Shown here: piece after piece, positions 9,897 to 19,782 of the stretch
Layout of the letters: each line of letters starts with the position of its first letter
Numbering within the stretch: position 1 is the stretch's first letter
Source: a virus
Strand: one strand, 5' to 3'
DNA length: 64,000 nt
IMG/VR virus record: IMGVR_UViG_3300025767_001290
Coordinates: 1-64,000 of that record
Notes under the pieces: model-generated
Database searches by the model: none
Seen by the model: the letters and a program-made list of their open reading frames with translations, nothing else
What the model was told of the DNA's origin: nothing
Position numbers and translations under genes: made by a program

Positions 9897-9924
9897 TTGA
9901 CACTACTCTGTGCTGTGTTACAGT
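9897..9924 (+). promoter_or_regulatory. Possible sigma70 promoter in the divergent intergenic region
   Basis: TTGACA-16 nt-TACAGT with an extended TGn element. Confidence 0.4.
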
Positions 9925-9977
9925 TATTTAGTGTTAGATAACGTGCCTCAATATCAATCCGAAAGTAATAGATTATC

Positions 9978-10034
9978 TATAAATATATTAAATTGGAAAG
10001 AATTATGTATACAATAAGTAGTGGTTTATAAATA
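9978..10034 (+). promoter_or_regulatory. Two T4-late-type TATAAATA motifs
   Basis: Exact matches at 9978-9985 and 10027-10034 upstream of ATG 10042. Confidence 0.5.
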
Positions 10035-10041
10035 TTACATA

Positions 10042-10911
10042 ATGATCAATATTGTAGTTACAAGCAAACCAGTAGACGGGTTATTATATTACAGCTATGA
10101 ACACTGTGATATGCTAAACAATGCTGGTTACCCTGCACAAGTTGTTATTATTTGTCACAGAAAATATAATCAGCGTGACTATGTAAATTCTATCACACGT
10201 AAATACATTCATTGTAATCGTGTTTGGTTTCCAGATACATATGTGCCGTCTGACGATGATGTTACACTTATTATGGGCAGAAGTATGATGACACTAAGCT
10301 GGCAAAGTTTTAATGATTATACCCTAGTGCAACAACTATCCTTACAGAGATTATTTAGCGGTAACGTTATAAGCGTATATTCAGAGAATCATGTTGAGGG
10401 ATATCCTAAAGCAGTTGACTTTTATAAACCAAAACAAATAGTAGACTTGTGTGACACTGACGTATACCCTAATGGTGTAGGCACACACTTTGAAAAGACT
10501 ATTAATTTTAGTATATACAAGCCTTACAAAGATAACATACAATTTAAGCATTTGTTTTTAGGTACTAACGACAAGTATTATGCAAGTGTTGAAAAAGTTA
10601 TTGATGATTATCCTGATCACGGGATCTTAACATATGACGAAAATTATATTAATATAAAGAATAACAATATATTCGTACCTGTAGAAAACTTAATGAGCAT
10701 GTTTGAAACATATGTATATACAAAAGAAACATTTGACCCTGCTCCTCGCATATTTCAAGAGTGCAAGTATTATGGCAAGGATGTAATTTATGAAAGGCGA
10801 GATCCAGGATTAGACGGCGGCACCATATATTGGCAACGAGATATTAAAGAACCTAATATACAGCCAATCGTAGATGCTATAAAATCATTAACCTATAAAT
10901 ATAATGAATAA
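10042..10911 (+). CDS. Hypothetical protein, possible GT-B glycosyltransferase-like
   Basis: C-terminal FDPAPRIFQECKYYGKDVI resembles the GT4 E-x7-E/G.PVI segment; start 10042 or 10021. Confidence 0.55.
   Translation: MINIVVTSKPVDGLLYYSYEHCDMLNNAGYPAQVVIICHRKYNQRDYVNSITRKYIHCNRVWFPDTYVPSDDDVTLIMGRSMMTLSWQSFNDYTLVQQLSLQRLFSGNVISVYSENHVEGYPKAVDFYKPKQIVDLCDTDVYPNGVGTHFEKTINFSIYKPYKDNIQFKHLFLGTNDKYYASVEKVIDDYPDHGILTYDENYINIKNNNIFVPVENLMSMFETYVYTKETFDPAPRIFQECKYYGKDVIYERRDPGLDGGTIYWQRDIKEPNIQPIVDAIKSLTYKYNE
10894..10901 (+). promoter_or_regulatory. T4-late-type TATAAATA inside the 3' end of the upstream gene
   Basis: Exact match 19 nt before ATG 10921, with an AAGGA RBS between. Confidence 0.5.
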
Positions 10912-10920
10912 GGACAGATC

Positions 10921-11274
10921 ATGAAAATAAGAGCCAAATGTTTAGCGTTTGATAGCAAGGACAAAAAAGGTGCAGCCTACACATCAGACGGTTATATGTT
11001 GCCTTGTTGTTGGTTGGACGATCCGCCGGTGCATAGATACGTTATGGAATCAGGATTAAAAGATCCTAAACTAGCAGTAGAAAACAATATTAGTTTAGAA
11101 GAAATATTTGGATCAGATGCATGGGAAAACTTTTTCCAAAAATTAGTAAACGATCCAGATAATTGTTCTTACATGTGTAAAAAGAAATGTGGTATAGAGC
11201 TTACAGAACACGACACTGAGGTACGCAAAGCTGAAGAAAAATTAGAAGTAGTGAGGCAGGCCGGTGGAAAGTAG
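10921..11274 (+). CDS. Stand-alone SPASM/twitch-like Fe-S domain protein
   Basis: C...DGYMLPCCW...I.....LEEIF...C..MC.KKC. Confidence 0.7.
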   Translation: MKIRAKCLAFDSKDKKGAAYTSDGYMLPCCWLDDPPVHRYVMESGLKDPKLAVENNISLEEIFGSDAWENFFQKLVNDPDNCSYMCKKKCGIELTEHDTEVRKAEEKLEVVRQAGGK

Positions 11275-11995
11275 ACTTACTGATTTATATATTGAAAAAC
11301 AAAAGTATGTAAGGCCTAATATAGATGCATCACATAGATGTGTCTTTAGATGTCCTCAATGTATTAGACAAAAAGTCACAAGCCAAGAGCAAATTAAACG
11401 TTCGTTTGACCTACAAGAACACAACTTTAAAAAAATAATAGATTATTACGAATACGGCGTTACATTTTGTGGACAAATAAGTGATCCCATTTATCACCCC
11501 AAGTTTTTAAATTTGTTAAAAATGTGTGATGAACATAAAACAAAAGTTCGTATTGCAACAGTTGGCAGCGGCAAAAGTGATACCTGGTGGGATGAAGCAT
11601 ATAGTTATAACGTAGGAACAAGTGCTTGGTATTTCGGCGTTGATGGTATTGATAAAAAGAGTGAGTTATATCGTATTGGCTCAGACTTTGATGATGTATG
11701 GAAACGTATGAAACAAGGTAGAGATCTAGGACATGTAATTGTATGGCAGTATATCATATTTGGGTACAACGAACACGAAATTGATCGTGCAATTGAAATA
11801 GCTAAAGAAGAAAACTTCTCAATTGTATTCATTAATACAAATAGAGGGTTTAATCCAAACAGTCCTTTATTAAGAAATAATGTAGATTTTAAACTAACAA
11901 CACCTAACGAAGCATATAGAGAAGACCGTTTAAAGAAAGAATGGTGGGGCAATGCAACAGATATTTTCCAAAACTGGCGGAGAAATAATGTCTAG
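11264..11995 (+). CDS. Radical SAM protein lacking a C-terminal SPASM domain
   Basis: CVFRCPQC, FCGQISDP, FGVDG, YRIG, WQYIIF.YNEH. Confidence 0.85.
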   Translation: MESRLTDLYIEKQKYVRPNIDASHRCVFRCPQCIRQKVTSQEQIKRSFDLQEHNFKKIIDYYEYGVTFCGQISDPIYHPKFLNLLKMCDEHKTKVRIATVGSGKSDTWWDEAYSYNVGTSAWYFGVDGIDKKSELYRIGSDFDDVWKRMKQGRDLGHVIVWQYIIFGYNEHEIDRAIEIAKEENFSIVFINTNRGFNPNSPLLRNNVDFKLTTPNEAYREDRLKKEWWGNATDIFQNWRRNNV

Positions 11996-12007
11996 GACCG
12001 AGAATAA

Positions 12008-13246
12008 ATGAACCGTAAATCATTAGTAAATAAAATAAAAGACGACTCTATTTGGTTTTGTCCTAGACTGTTTGATCACATATATACTAATCCCGATGGC
12101 GATTATAAAGTATGCTGCATTGGCAACAGTACTAATCTTAATATAACAACAACTACACCTAAAGAATGGTTAAATTCTGACTTGTTAACTGCTGCAAGAA
12201 TTGAAATGCTAGACGAAACAGATGCTAGCACTCCTGTTTTAAACAGTCAATGCCGGCGTTGTATGGAACAAGAAGCAAATTACGGAGAATCTGACAGACA
12301 GCATCATAATATGAGATTGTTAGAAGCTGTTGACAATGACCAAGACTTTTCGTGTATAGATCAAGTACTTTCGTTTGATCCTACACAGGAATATACAATT
12401 ACAGAAAGATGCTTATTATTACAAGCAAGAGTGTTTGGAAATCAATGTAATCTTGATTGTTATATGTGTCAACCGGGTGCATCGTCTACTAGACAACTAA
12501 TGTTTAAAAAACTTGATAGTAGAAAGTATATAAAAACATTTGATATAGATTATCCTGATAATATAAAATCTTCTAAAAGCAGCGGCATAGATGAACTAGT
12601 TAAATTAGCACCTTATATACGCTGTTTTTTTCTACAAGGCGGCGAGCCGTTTGTAATGAAAAAACAGTTTGATTTTCTTGACAGGCTAATTGAAAGCGGC
12701 CACTCAAAAAATATTGTTCTTGAAATGAATAGTAATTTAACAGTACTAGGAACTACCAAGTATAATATTTTAGACTATGTTGATAAATTTAAACAATTAA
12801 ATATTAGTGCTTCACTTGACGGATTTGGAAAATATAATGATTATATTCGTCGAAGATCGGATTGGGATACTATTGTTAATAACCTAAACACTCTTAGAAG
12901 TTATAGAAATGTTAATATGGGTGTGTTTTCAACAGTGTCATTATTAAGTGTGTTAAGATATAACGAACTACAAGAATTTTGTGATAGAGAAAATTTAGAA
13001 TATTTCTGTTTTGTAGTTGACGATCCTGATGAGTTGCATGTTAAGCACTTACCTAAAAAACTTAAAAAGAAGTTACGCAAGAAGTATTGCGATCACCCAG
13101 TTATTGTTAACGCACTTGCAATGAAGGGCGTTAACAAATCGTTTATAGCAGCTATAAATTATATTAAACAATCAGATGAATATTATAAAACAGATATTTT
13201 TGAATTATATCCAGAACTAGAGAGTTATTACAATGCCAGCATATGA
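12008..13246 (+). CDS. Radical SAM protein with N-terminal twitch/SPASM domain
   Basis: C......Y..PDG.YKVCC...C.RC; CNLDCYMC; GGEPF; SLDG....YIR. Confidence 0.9.
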   Translation: MNRKSLVNKIKDDSIWFCPRLFDHIYTNPDGDYKVCCIGNSTNLNITTTTPKEWLNSDLLTAARIEMLDETDASTPVLNSQCRRCMEQEANYGESDRQHHNMRLLEAVDNDQDFSCIDQVLSFDPTQEYTITERCLLLQARVFGNQCNLDCYMCQPGASSTRQLMFKKLDSRKYIKTFDIDYPDNIKSSKSSGIDELVKLAPYIRCFFLQGGEPFVMKKQFDFLDRLIESGHSKNIVLEMNSNLTVLGTTKYNILDYVDKFKQLNISASLDGFGKYNDYIRRRSDWDTIVNNLNTLRSYRNVNMGVFSTVSLLSVLRYNELQEFCDRENLEYFCFVVDDPDELHVKHLPKKLKKKLRKKYCDHPVIVNALAMKGVNKSFIAAINYIKQSDEYYKTDIFELYPELESYYNASI

Positions 13247-14306
13247 TGGATGGGACCGTGAGTACCAAGAAAACAAACAAGACTACTTAGATGTATTTGA
13301 CCGTTTTATGAGTCAAATGAATTACGAAAATAATGAAGACTTTGAACGTAGCTTTGCTGAACGTGTAGGACGTAAACATTGTGTTAGTGTAGCAAGTGCC
13401 ACAGACGCACTACATTTTACATTATTAGCACACGGTATAGGTGCCGGCGACGAAGTATTAGTAACTGACTTTAGTTGGATTAGTAGTAGTGCATGTGCAA
13501 GTATGGTAGGTGCTACTCCTGTATTTTGTGATATTGATTTAGATTCATACCACATTAGCTTAGATAGCATCAAACGTATGTACAGTGATAAAGTTAAAGC
13601 AATTATATATCCGCACTTGTTTGGCAACATGACCGACACTACAGAAATACAACAGTTTTGCAAAGATAACGATATACTGTTTATTGAAGATGCTGCGCAA
13701 AGTTTGGGCAGTAGCTTGCACAATGTACATGCAGGCACTATTGGTGATTGCAGTGTATATAGTTTTAACAGCAACAAAGTCATCGCTGGCATTAACGGCG
13801 GGGGAGTTGTACTAACTGATAACGAAGACATTGCCAACCGTGTTAAGATGATTAGACGTCACGGTAAAGATAAAGACTTTAGTATGATGGGTTACAATAG
13901 CCGCATGTATGTTCTCAACGCAGAGATTATTAATCTACGCTTGCGACACGCAGACCGTAATCAAGAACGTAGACAGCAAATTGCACATGAATACAACACA
14001 GCATTTGCAGACTTACCTGTAGTAACACAAGGAATGTCTAATGGACTTAACCATAATTACCATAAGTATGTAGTACGATTTAAGGATAAAGACACTAGAA
14101 AACGTGTTAAGAACGCTTTAAATGCTAGTATACACTACGAAACTCCATTAAGTGCAAACAGTATGTATGACAGTGTTGACAGCAGGAGAGACGCTTGTAC
14201 AGCTTCTACAACAGCTTCTAGCACTGTTTTATCGTTACCTATACACGCATGGTTGACCGAAGATGAAATTAAAAATATTATAGAAATTGTACAACATAAA
14301 ATATAA
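13233..14306 (+). CDS. DegT/DnrJ/EryC1/StrS family PLP aminotransferase
   Basis: SATDAL, GDEV, GATPVFCDI, HLFG, IEDAAQ.LG, SF..NK (PLP lysine), GYNSR, LSLP. Confidence 0.93.
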   Translation: MPAYDGWDREYQENKQDYLDVFDRFMSQMNYENNEDFERSFAERVGRKHCVSVASATDALHFTLLAHGIGAGDEVLVTDFSWISSSACASMVGATPVFCDIDLDSYHISLDSIKRMYSDKVKAIIYPHLFGNMTDTTEIQQFCKDNDILFIEDAAQSLGSSLHNVHAGTIGDCSVYSFNSNKVIAGINGGGVVLTDNEDIANRVKMIRRHGKDKDFSMMGYNSRMYVLNAEIINLRLRHADRNQERRQQIAHEYNTAFADLPVVTQGMSNGLNHNYHKYVVRFKDKDTRKRVKNALNASIHYETPLSANSMYDSVDSRRDACTASTTASSTVLSLPIHAWLTEDEIKNIIEIVQHKI

Positions 14307-14394
14307 AAACAATTTTTAATACCATAAACTCAATAAGCAAGGCTATTGTTGATACAGTAGTATAAGTATAATTAAACACTATTAGGAGAAAAAT

Positions 14395-15204
14395 ATGAAA
14401 TTAACTTACAGTGAGCAAACTATAGATTTTTTTAGTTTCGACTTACCAGAAACTATAGTAATTTCGCTATCTGGAGGAGCTGATTCAGCATCAGCTATGT
14501 ACCTTACAGCTAAACATTTTCCTGAAATAGAGATTGTTCCCTTTTGTTGTAGAGATATAAATGCTCCAAAAGATGCAGATGCAGCCGAGCTAATTGTTAA
14601 GTGGATAAAAACAGAATTTCCCAATAATAAAATTCGAGATCTAAAAACAGTTAACTTTGATGATAAAAGTGAATCAATAGTGTCTTGGGAAGAATGCGAT
14701 AAAGCCATAGCAAATCCTAGATTTAACTATAAAAATTTAAATAGAGTCCAAATGTCAAAAATAATACAAATAGACAGGATAGCAAGATCTGTAATGAAAG
14801 AAAATCCGGGTGCTATTAGACTAGACGGTATGACTCGAAATCCTCCAGAAGAAGAAATGTTAGAATTAGGATTTTGGGATAAAGCAGAAAGAAGAAGAGA
14901 TAAATCTGTTCCAAAAATACAAGAGCTTAGGACCGTAAAAACTAGCTGTGAAGCTGCTGGGGTTCCAATATTACCTGCAGGACATTCGGATTACTTGAAT
15001 AATATATATCAAGTATACATAAATGTAGATAAAAAATTTGTTGCAGGTGTATATCAAGAAAATAATTTAATGGAGTCGTTGTTTCCAATAACACGGTCAT
15101 GTGTTGGTACTGCTAGGGGAACAGATAATTTTACTAGGGATTGCCATCAATGCTTTTGGTGTCATGAAAGAAAATGGGCATTTAACTTAGAATGGAATGA
15201 TTAA
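14395..15204 (+). CDS. QueC-like PP-loop ATPase (7-cyano-7-deazaguanine synthase-like)
   Basis: SLSGGADS PP-loop; C-terminal TRSC...C.QC.WC.ER Zn motif; AGGAG RBS. Confidence 0.75.
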   Translation: MKLTYSEQTIDFFSFDLPETIVISLSGGADSASAMYLTAKHFPEIEIVPFCCRDINAPKDADAAELIVKWIKTEFPNNKIRDLKTVNFDDKSESIVSWEECDKAIANPRFNYKNLNRVQMSKIIQIDRIARSVMKENPGAIRLDGMTRNPPEEEMLELGFWDKAERRRDKSVPKIQELRTVKTSCEAAGVPILPAGHSDYLNNIYQVYINVDKKFVAGVYQENNLMESLFPITRSCVGTARGTDNFTRDCHQCFWCHERKWAFNLEWND

Positions 15205-15209
15205 ATATT

Positions 15210-16706
15210 ATGAGTGATGATAAACAAACACCCAACTTACCTGAATATTTAACAAAAGGCGGTCCTGGAGATCGATCTGCACCGGGCTTTGTGAATACCG
15301 AAGCATGGTGGCAAAAGTTAGATGATGAAGGTAAAGAAGTTGCTGCAAAAGAAGGATCTATTGTTCAGCAGGCAAAAAACAAAGATATTTACTTTTGTAC
15401 TATTCCGTTTACACAGATATATTCAGAATTAGACGGCCAATATCAGGCATGTTGTTTTGGCGAACCGTCTGGCGTTAGCGTAGAAGAAGTTCCTTTAAAG
15501 GAATGGATGGAAAATAGTGACTATATGAACGACCTACGTAGAGAAATGACTACAGTAGGTTCTGATCTTAAGGCTGTAGACAAATGGTGTCAACGTTGCA
15601 GGGGCGACGAAGCACGATATGGTAGATCAAGAAGAACAAATTGTATGAAAATACATACTAATGATCCCAATTTTTGGAATAAAATTGAAAAACAAGCAAC
15701 AAAATTTAGAGATACAGGCGAATTTACTCTTAAAGGTGCAGGGCGCATATTTGAAGTTCAATTAAAAATATACGGCTCTGAATGTAATCTAGATTGCTAC
15801 ATGTGTCTGCATGATAATTCAACTACACGCATGCAAGTTGCAAAGAAAGGTGTATGGAATACTAAAGTATTTGGCGAACAGTCTCCAGAAAGAGATGCCC
15901 GTAACGCACAAGTAATGAAGGATAAAACTGAAGGAGTAACCGAGCAAATTGTTGCTATTGCACAATATATTAAAAGCATAAAAATTATCGGCGGCGAACC
16001 TTTAATTATGAAAAAACATTATGAAATGTTAGATAAACTGATCGAAACCGGGCATTCTAAACATATTAGAATCAAGTATCAGACTAATTTAACTAAAACT
16101 AAGGCAGGTAAGCATAATATATTTAATTATATTCCACACTTTGATCGTGTTACTGTAGTTGCTTCAGTTGATGGTATAGGTAAAACTATTGAATACATGA
16201 GAAGACGAACTGACTGGCAAGAAGTAGTTGATAATATTGATTTAGTTAAAAAGCATCCGAATGTAGTTGTAGACTTTAATGGTTTAGTATCATTTCTTAG
16301 TGTTATGAGATTTTATGAAATTATAGACTGGTGTAAGGAAAATCCTGTTATTAACCAATTAAACTGGGCGTTTGTTGAACATCCTAGACATTTACGTGCT
16401 AATAATTTGCCAGAAAAAATTAAACAAGCATTGATTCCTAAATACAAAGATTGGCCTGATATCATTGCAGCTTTAGAAATGCCAAATGACTCCGATGTAG
16501 ATATTCAAAATATTTTTGACTATTTGCTAAGGGCAGATGAATTTTATAAAGGCACTAAATGGGAAATGAATTTATTTGAGGTATTTCCAGAACTAGAAGA
16601 ATTTTATATAAAGAAAGAAATTACTTCTGAACAAGAAGAGTTGTTTAAATCATGGGATAAACAAGTAAAGAAACAAGAAGAAATAATAGATCAAAGTATA
16701 ATCTAG
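15210..16706 (+). CDS. Radical SAM protein with N-terminal twitch/SPASM domain
   Basis: CTIPF..IY...DG.YQACC...CQRC; CNLDCYMC; GGEPL; SVDG....YMR; paralog of 12008-13246. Confidence 0.9.
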   Translation: MSDDKQTPNLPEYLTKGGPGDRSAPGFVNTEAWWQKLDDEGKEVAAKEGSIVQQAKNKDIYFCTIPFTQIYSELDGQYQACCFGEPSGVSVEEVPLKEWMENSDYMNDLRREMTTVGSDLKAVDKWCQRCRGDEARYGRSRRTNCMKIHTNDPNFWNKIEKQATKFRDTGEFTLKGAGRIFEVQLKIYGSECNLDCYMCLHDNSTTRMQVAKKGVWNTKVFGEQSPERDARNAQVMKDKTEGVTEQIVAIAQYIKSIKIIGGEPLIMKKHYEMLDKLIETGHSKHIRIKYQTNLTKTKAGKHNIFNYIPHFDRVTVVASVDGIGKTIEYMRRRTDWQEVVDNIDLVKKHPNVVVDFNGLVSFLSVMRFYEIIDWCKENPVINQLNWAFVEHPRHLRANNLPEKIKQALIPKYKDWPDIIAALEMPNDSDVDIQNIFDYLLRADEFYKGTKWEMNLFEVFPELEEFYIKKEITSEQEELFKSWDKQVKKQEEIIDQSII

Positions 16707-16708
16707 TA

Positions 16709-16737
16709 TTGACAACTATATTAATTGGTAGTATAAT
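16709..16737 (+). promoter_or_regulatory. Perfect-consensus sigma70 promoter
   Basis: TTGACA (16709-14), 17-nt spacer, TATAAT (16732-37), intergenic. Confidence 0.85.
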
Positions 16738-16743
16738 ATTATT

Positions 16744-17457
16744 ATGAAAGATAAAATTAAAAATGCTATAGACAACTCTCAGCGAGCACAGCGTAATTAT
16801 GACCTAAGTTGTACAGTATCTAAAAGTGATTTAGAGACGTTAATTTATGTTGCAAAAAATTCTCCTTCAAAACAAAACGAAATACACTATAAGATAAAAG
16901 TGTATACTGATCAATCTGTCATTAGACAGATATACAACTGTACTAAATTATTTTCTCTTCCTAGTAGTAAACCGATAGCGGAAGTTAAAGATGGAAAAAT
17001 ATGGCAAGACGAAAATACGTCTGTTCATAACTCTCAAATATTAGCAAATGTATTATTTGTCTACGAGGACGACGAAGGACCTGCAAGGGGCGGATCACAT
17101 AAATTAGCACAACAGAACCCCGAAGAACAAATGTTAAATGCTTTTTATATAGAAAATAAAGCATATTCTGTAGGTGTATCAGTAGGCCAACTTATCTTAT
17201 CTGCTAATCTTTTAGGATATAAAACAGGAGTATGTTCTGCTTTTCATCAAGATAAAGTTGCAGAAATAATTAAAAGCGATAAAGTACCTAAATTGTTAGT
17301 TGGTATAGGATACGAAAATGTCGGAGTTAATAGGCGGTGGCACGCCGAAACATTAAATAAAGATGTTCTAGAAATAGCCCGTACCGGTGAGTTAGACGAA
17401 CCTTGGCAATTTCCTAGCTTTGAAAAACATACAAAGGTGACTATTAATGGCAATTAA
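16744..17457 (+). CDS. Nitroreductase family protein
   Basis: S.RAQRNY, A..SPSKQN, and G.S.GQL.L.A..LGY.TG.C motifs. Confidence 0.75.
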   Translation: MKDKIKNAIDNSQRAQRNYDLSCTVSKSDLETLIYVAKNSPSKQNEIHYKIKVYTDQSVIRQIYNCTKLFSLPSSKPIAEVKDGKIWQDENTSVHNSQILANVLFVYEDDEGPARGGSHKLAQQNPEEQMLNAFYIENKAYSVGVSVGQLILSANLLGYKTGVCSAFHQDKVAEIIKSDKVPKLLVGIGYENVGVNRRWHAETLNKDVLEIARTGELDEPWQFPSFEKHTKVTINGN

Positions 17458-18307
17458 AATGTTAGCAGATCTAAAAGGTTCAGAATACAGAACTGTAGAC
17501 TTTTACATGACCAAGAGTTGCAATAAAAGTTGTCACTACTGTACGGCGTGGACGCTAGAAATGCGCAATCTTGATGTTGATATGGATTTCGTAAGAACTA
17601 TCCTAGACGGTCTTTCTCCGTATAAGACACGCATTTGTTTACTAGGCGGTGAACCTGCTCTTATTAAAAATCTACGAGAAATTATTGCTGAAATTAAAAA
17701 GCATCCTAATCTTGTAATTCAAGTATTATCTAATTCACTAATACGTAAATTTTATCCAGAGGTATTAGAAGATCCAGAAATTATCTACATCGAACATTTA
17801 GTATTAGACTTTTATGAAGATCGAATTGAAAAACTAGGCAACTATGATTTCTTTGAACCTAATGATTTAAACAATTACAATTTGATTATTGAAACACCGG
17901 GTTACTTTAATTACAGAGACAAACACGATTTAGCATATTTAAAACATAAGAACACAGAGTTTAAGGAATACAATTCACGTTCGCCAAGCTTTTTTGAAGA
18001 TCATACACCTGTCCAAGCACCAGAAATGGATCGAAGAGTATGTGCTAAATTTCCGCTAGTACCTGTGTTCGACTTTGAAATACAAAAAATAAGACATTGT
18101 AGTCGTAAAGCAATTAATGGGTCAAGGCAATTTGACGTTACTAAAGAAAACATTGACAAGATGATGAATTATAAATTGTTCGAATATGAAAACTATTGCC
18201 GAAGTTGTTTAGATATCATTCCAAAGCGCCCTGCCGCACAACGTGAACGTATACTTGATATAATTAAGGATGATCAATTAAACAAAATATTCACGAGAAA
18301 CATATGA
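17447..18307 (+). CDS. Radical SAM protein
   Basis: CNKSCHYC, LLGGEP, C-terminal C..HC..C..C. Confidence 0.88.
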   Translation: MAIKMLADLKGSEYRTVDFYMTKSCNKSCHYCTAWTLEMRNLDVDMDFVRTILDGLSPYKTRICLLGGEPALIKNLREIIAEIKKHPNLVIQVLSNSLIRKFYPEVLEDPEIIYIEHLVLDFYEDRIEKLGNYDFFEPNDLNNYNLIIETPGYFNYRDKHDLAYLKHKNTEFKEYNSRSPSFFEDHTPVQAPEMDRRVCAKFPLVPVFDFEIQKIRHCSRKAINGSRQFDVTKENIDKMMNYKLFEYENYCRSCLDIIPKRPAAQRERILDIIKDDQLNKIFTRNI

Positions 18308-19782
18308 ATATTTTTTCTGTTGCAGTAAATATACACGATCATAATACATACAACGGCGAGCTTCATTACTTGGCCGAAAGATATACTCGTAAAAAGCACA
18401 ATCTTAATCCTACTAATCCGCACGATCCAGAACCTAGTCGTGAGTTTTTCCGTGAACACTTTTTACCTAATTATAATAAAGATCACATGTTTGCATTTAC
18501 ATGTTCAAATCTAGGTCAAGAATTTGTTCGTGATCTACTCGAAGATACATTACCTGATTTAAGTTTTTTAGATTTTAAGCCTACTAATTTATGGGACTAT
18601 TACAAGACTGATGACTATTACTACATTGATCATCATCAATCACATGCTGCTTATGCTTTTTTAAGCTCGGGATTTAAACAAAGCGATGTGTTAGCAATTG
18701 ACGGCAGAGGATGGCAATTTAACTGCATCTTTACAGACAAGGACGGAAATATAACCAACCTGTCTGATAAAGTATCAATCGGTGGGCTTTGGAATCGATT
18801 GTCACAAGACATTGGATTTAGTTATCTGGGTGCAGGCAAGACCATGGGCCTAGCAGGATTTGGTGAGTACGACAGCGAAATACACGATATGATCGATATG
18901 TATATGGCTGCTCCTAATCATAGATTACCAGACGGATCTTCTAAAATTTTAAAACGTGTTCCCAAAGAAAACGTTGCATTTACACTACAAATTTATACAG
19001 AAAACTTAATTAAAAAACATGTATATCCTCTTAAAAGTTGTAACAACTTGTGCCTAACAGGCGGAGTAGCATACAACGGATATGTAAATGAAGAATTTAC
19101 AAAACATTATACTAATGTGCATGTGCCGCCTGCTGTAGGCGATGAGGGACAATCTCTTGGCACTTATATGCATGCCGAGTATACCCAAAATAATAATATA
19201 CACATACCAAATGTATATGCAGGCAAAGAATACAACTACGTTGGTGATGAAAAAGTCAATATAACAGAAGTTGCTCAAGCTATTGCTGACGGTAAAATTG
19301 TTGGATGGTTCCAAGGCAAAAGCGAAAGCGGTAATAGAGCGTTAGGCAATCGTAGCATACTTGCTGATCCTCGTAATCCTAATATTAAAGATATCATTAA
19401 TAGTAAAATTAAACTGCGTGAAGACTTTAGACCATTTGCTCCTAGTGTACTTGTAGAACATTACAACGAATACTTTGACACTACTCAGCCTAGTCCGTAC
19501 ATGAGTCGTATTATGCCAGTCACGTCAGATGCTATTCCAGGAGTAACACACGTAGACGGCACAGCACGTATACAGACCGTACAGCGCGAGTTTAATCCTC
19601 GTTACTATGACTTAATAAATGTGTTCTATGCGCTTACAGGCGTTCCTATGCTGCTTAATACTAGCTTTAACTGTCAAGAGCCTATTGTAGAAACTCCTGA
19701 AGACGCTATTGCTACGTTTAATAAATGCGGATTAGACATACTAGTAATTGGCGATTACATTATAAGGAAAACAAATGATTAA
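18304..19782 (+). CDS. Carbamoyltransferase (NodU/CmcH/TobZ family)
   Basis: DHH.SHA, IDGRG, GK.MGLA.FG, GGVA.N, GDEG, RALGNRSIL, K.RE.FRPFAP, HVDGTAR.QT, LNTSFN. Confidence 0.95.
   Translation: MNIFSVAVNIHDHNTYNGELHYLAERYTRKKHNLNPTNPHDPEPSREFFREHFLPNYNKDHMFAFTCSNLGQEFVRDLLEDTLPDLSFLDFKPTNLWDYYKTDDYYYIDHHQSHAAYAFLSSGFKQSDVLAIDGRGWQFNCIFTDKDGNITNLSDKVSIGGLWNRLSQDIGFSYLGAGKTMGLAGFGEYDSEIHDMIDMYMAAPNHRLPDGSSKILKRVPKENVAFTLQIYTENLIKKHVYPLKSCNNLCLTGGVAYNGYVNEEFTKHYTNVHVPPAVGDEGQSLGTYMHAEYTQNNNIHIPNVYAGKEYNYVGDEKVNITEVAQAIADGKIVGWFQGKSESGNRALGNRSILADPRNPNIKDIINSKIKLREDFRPFAPSVLVEHYNEYFDTTQPSPYMSRIMPVTSDAIPGVTHVDGTARIQTVQREFNPRYYDLINVFYALTGVPMLLNTSFNCQEPIVETPEDAIATFNKCGLDILVIGDYIIRKTND

Noticed and set aside
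13322-13837. 171-aa minus-strand ORF
   Set aside because: Lies entirely antisense to the well-supported DegT gene
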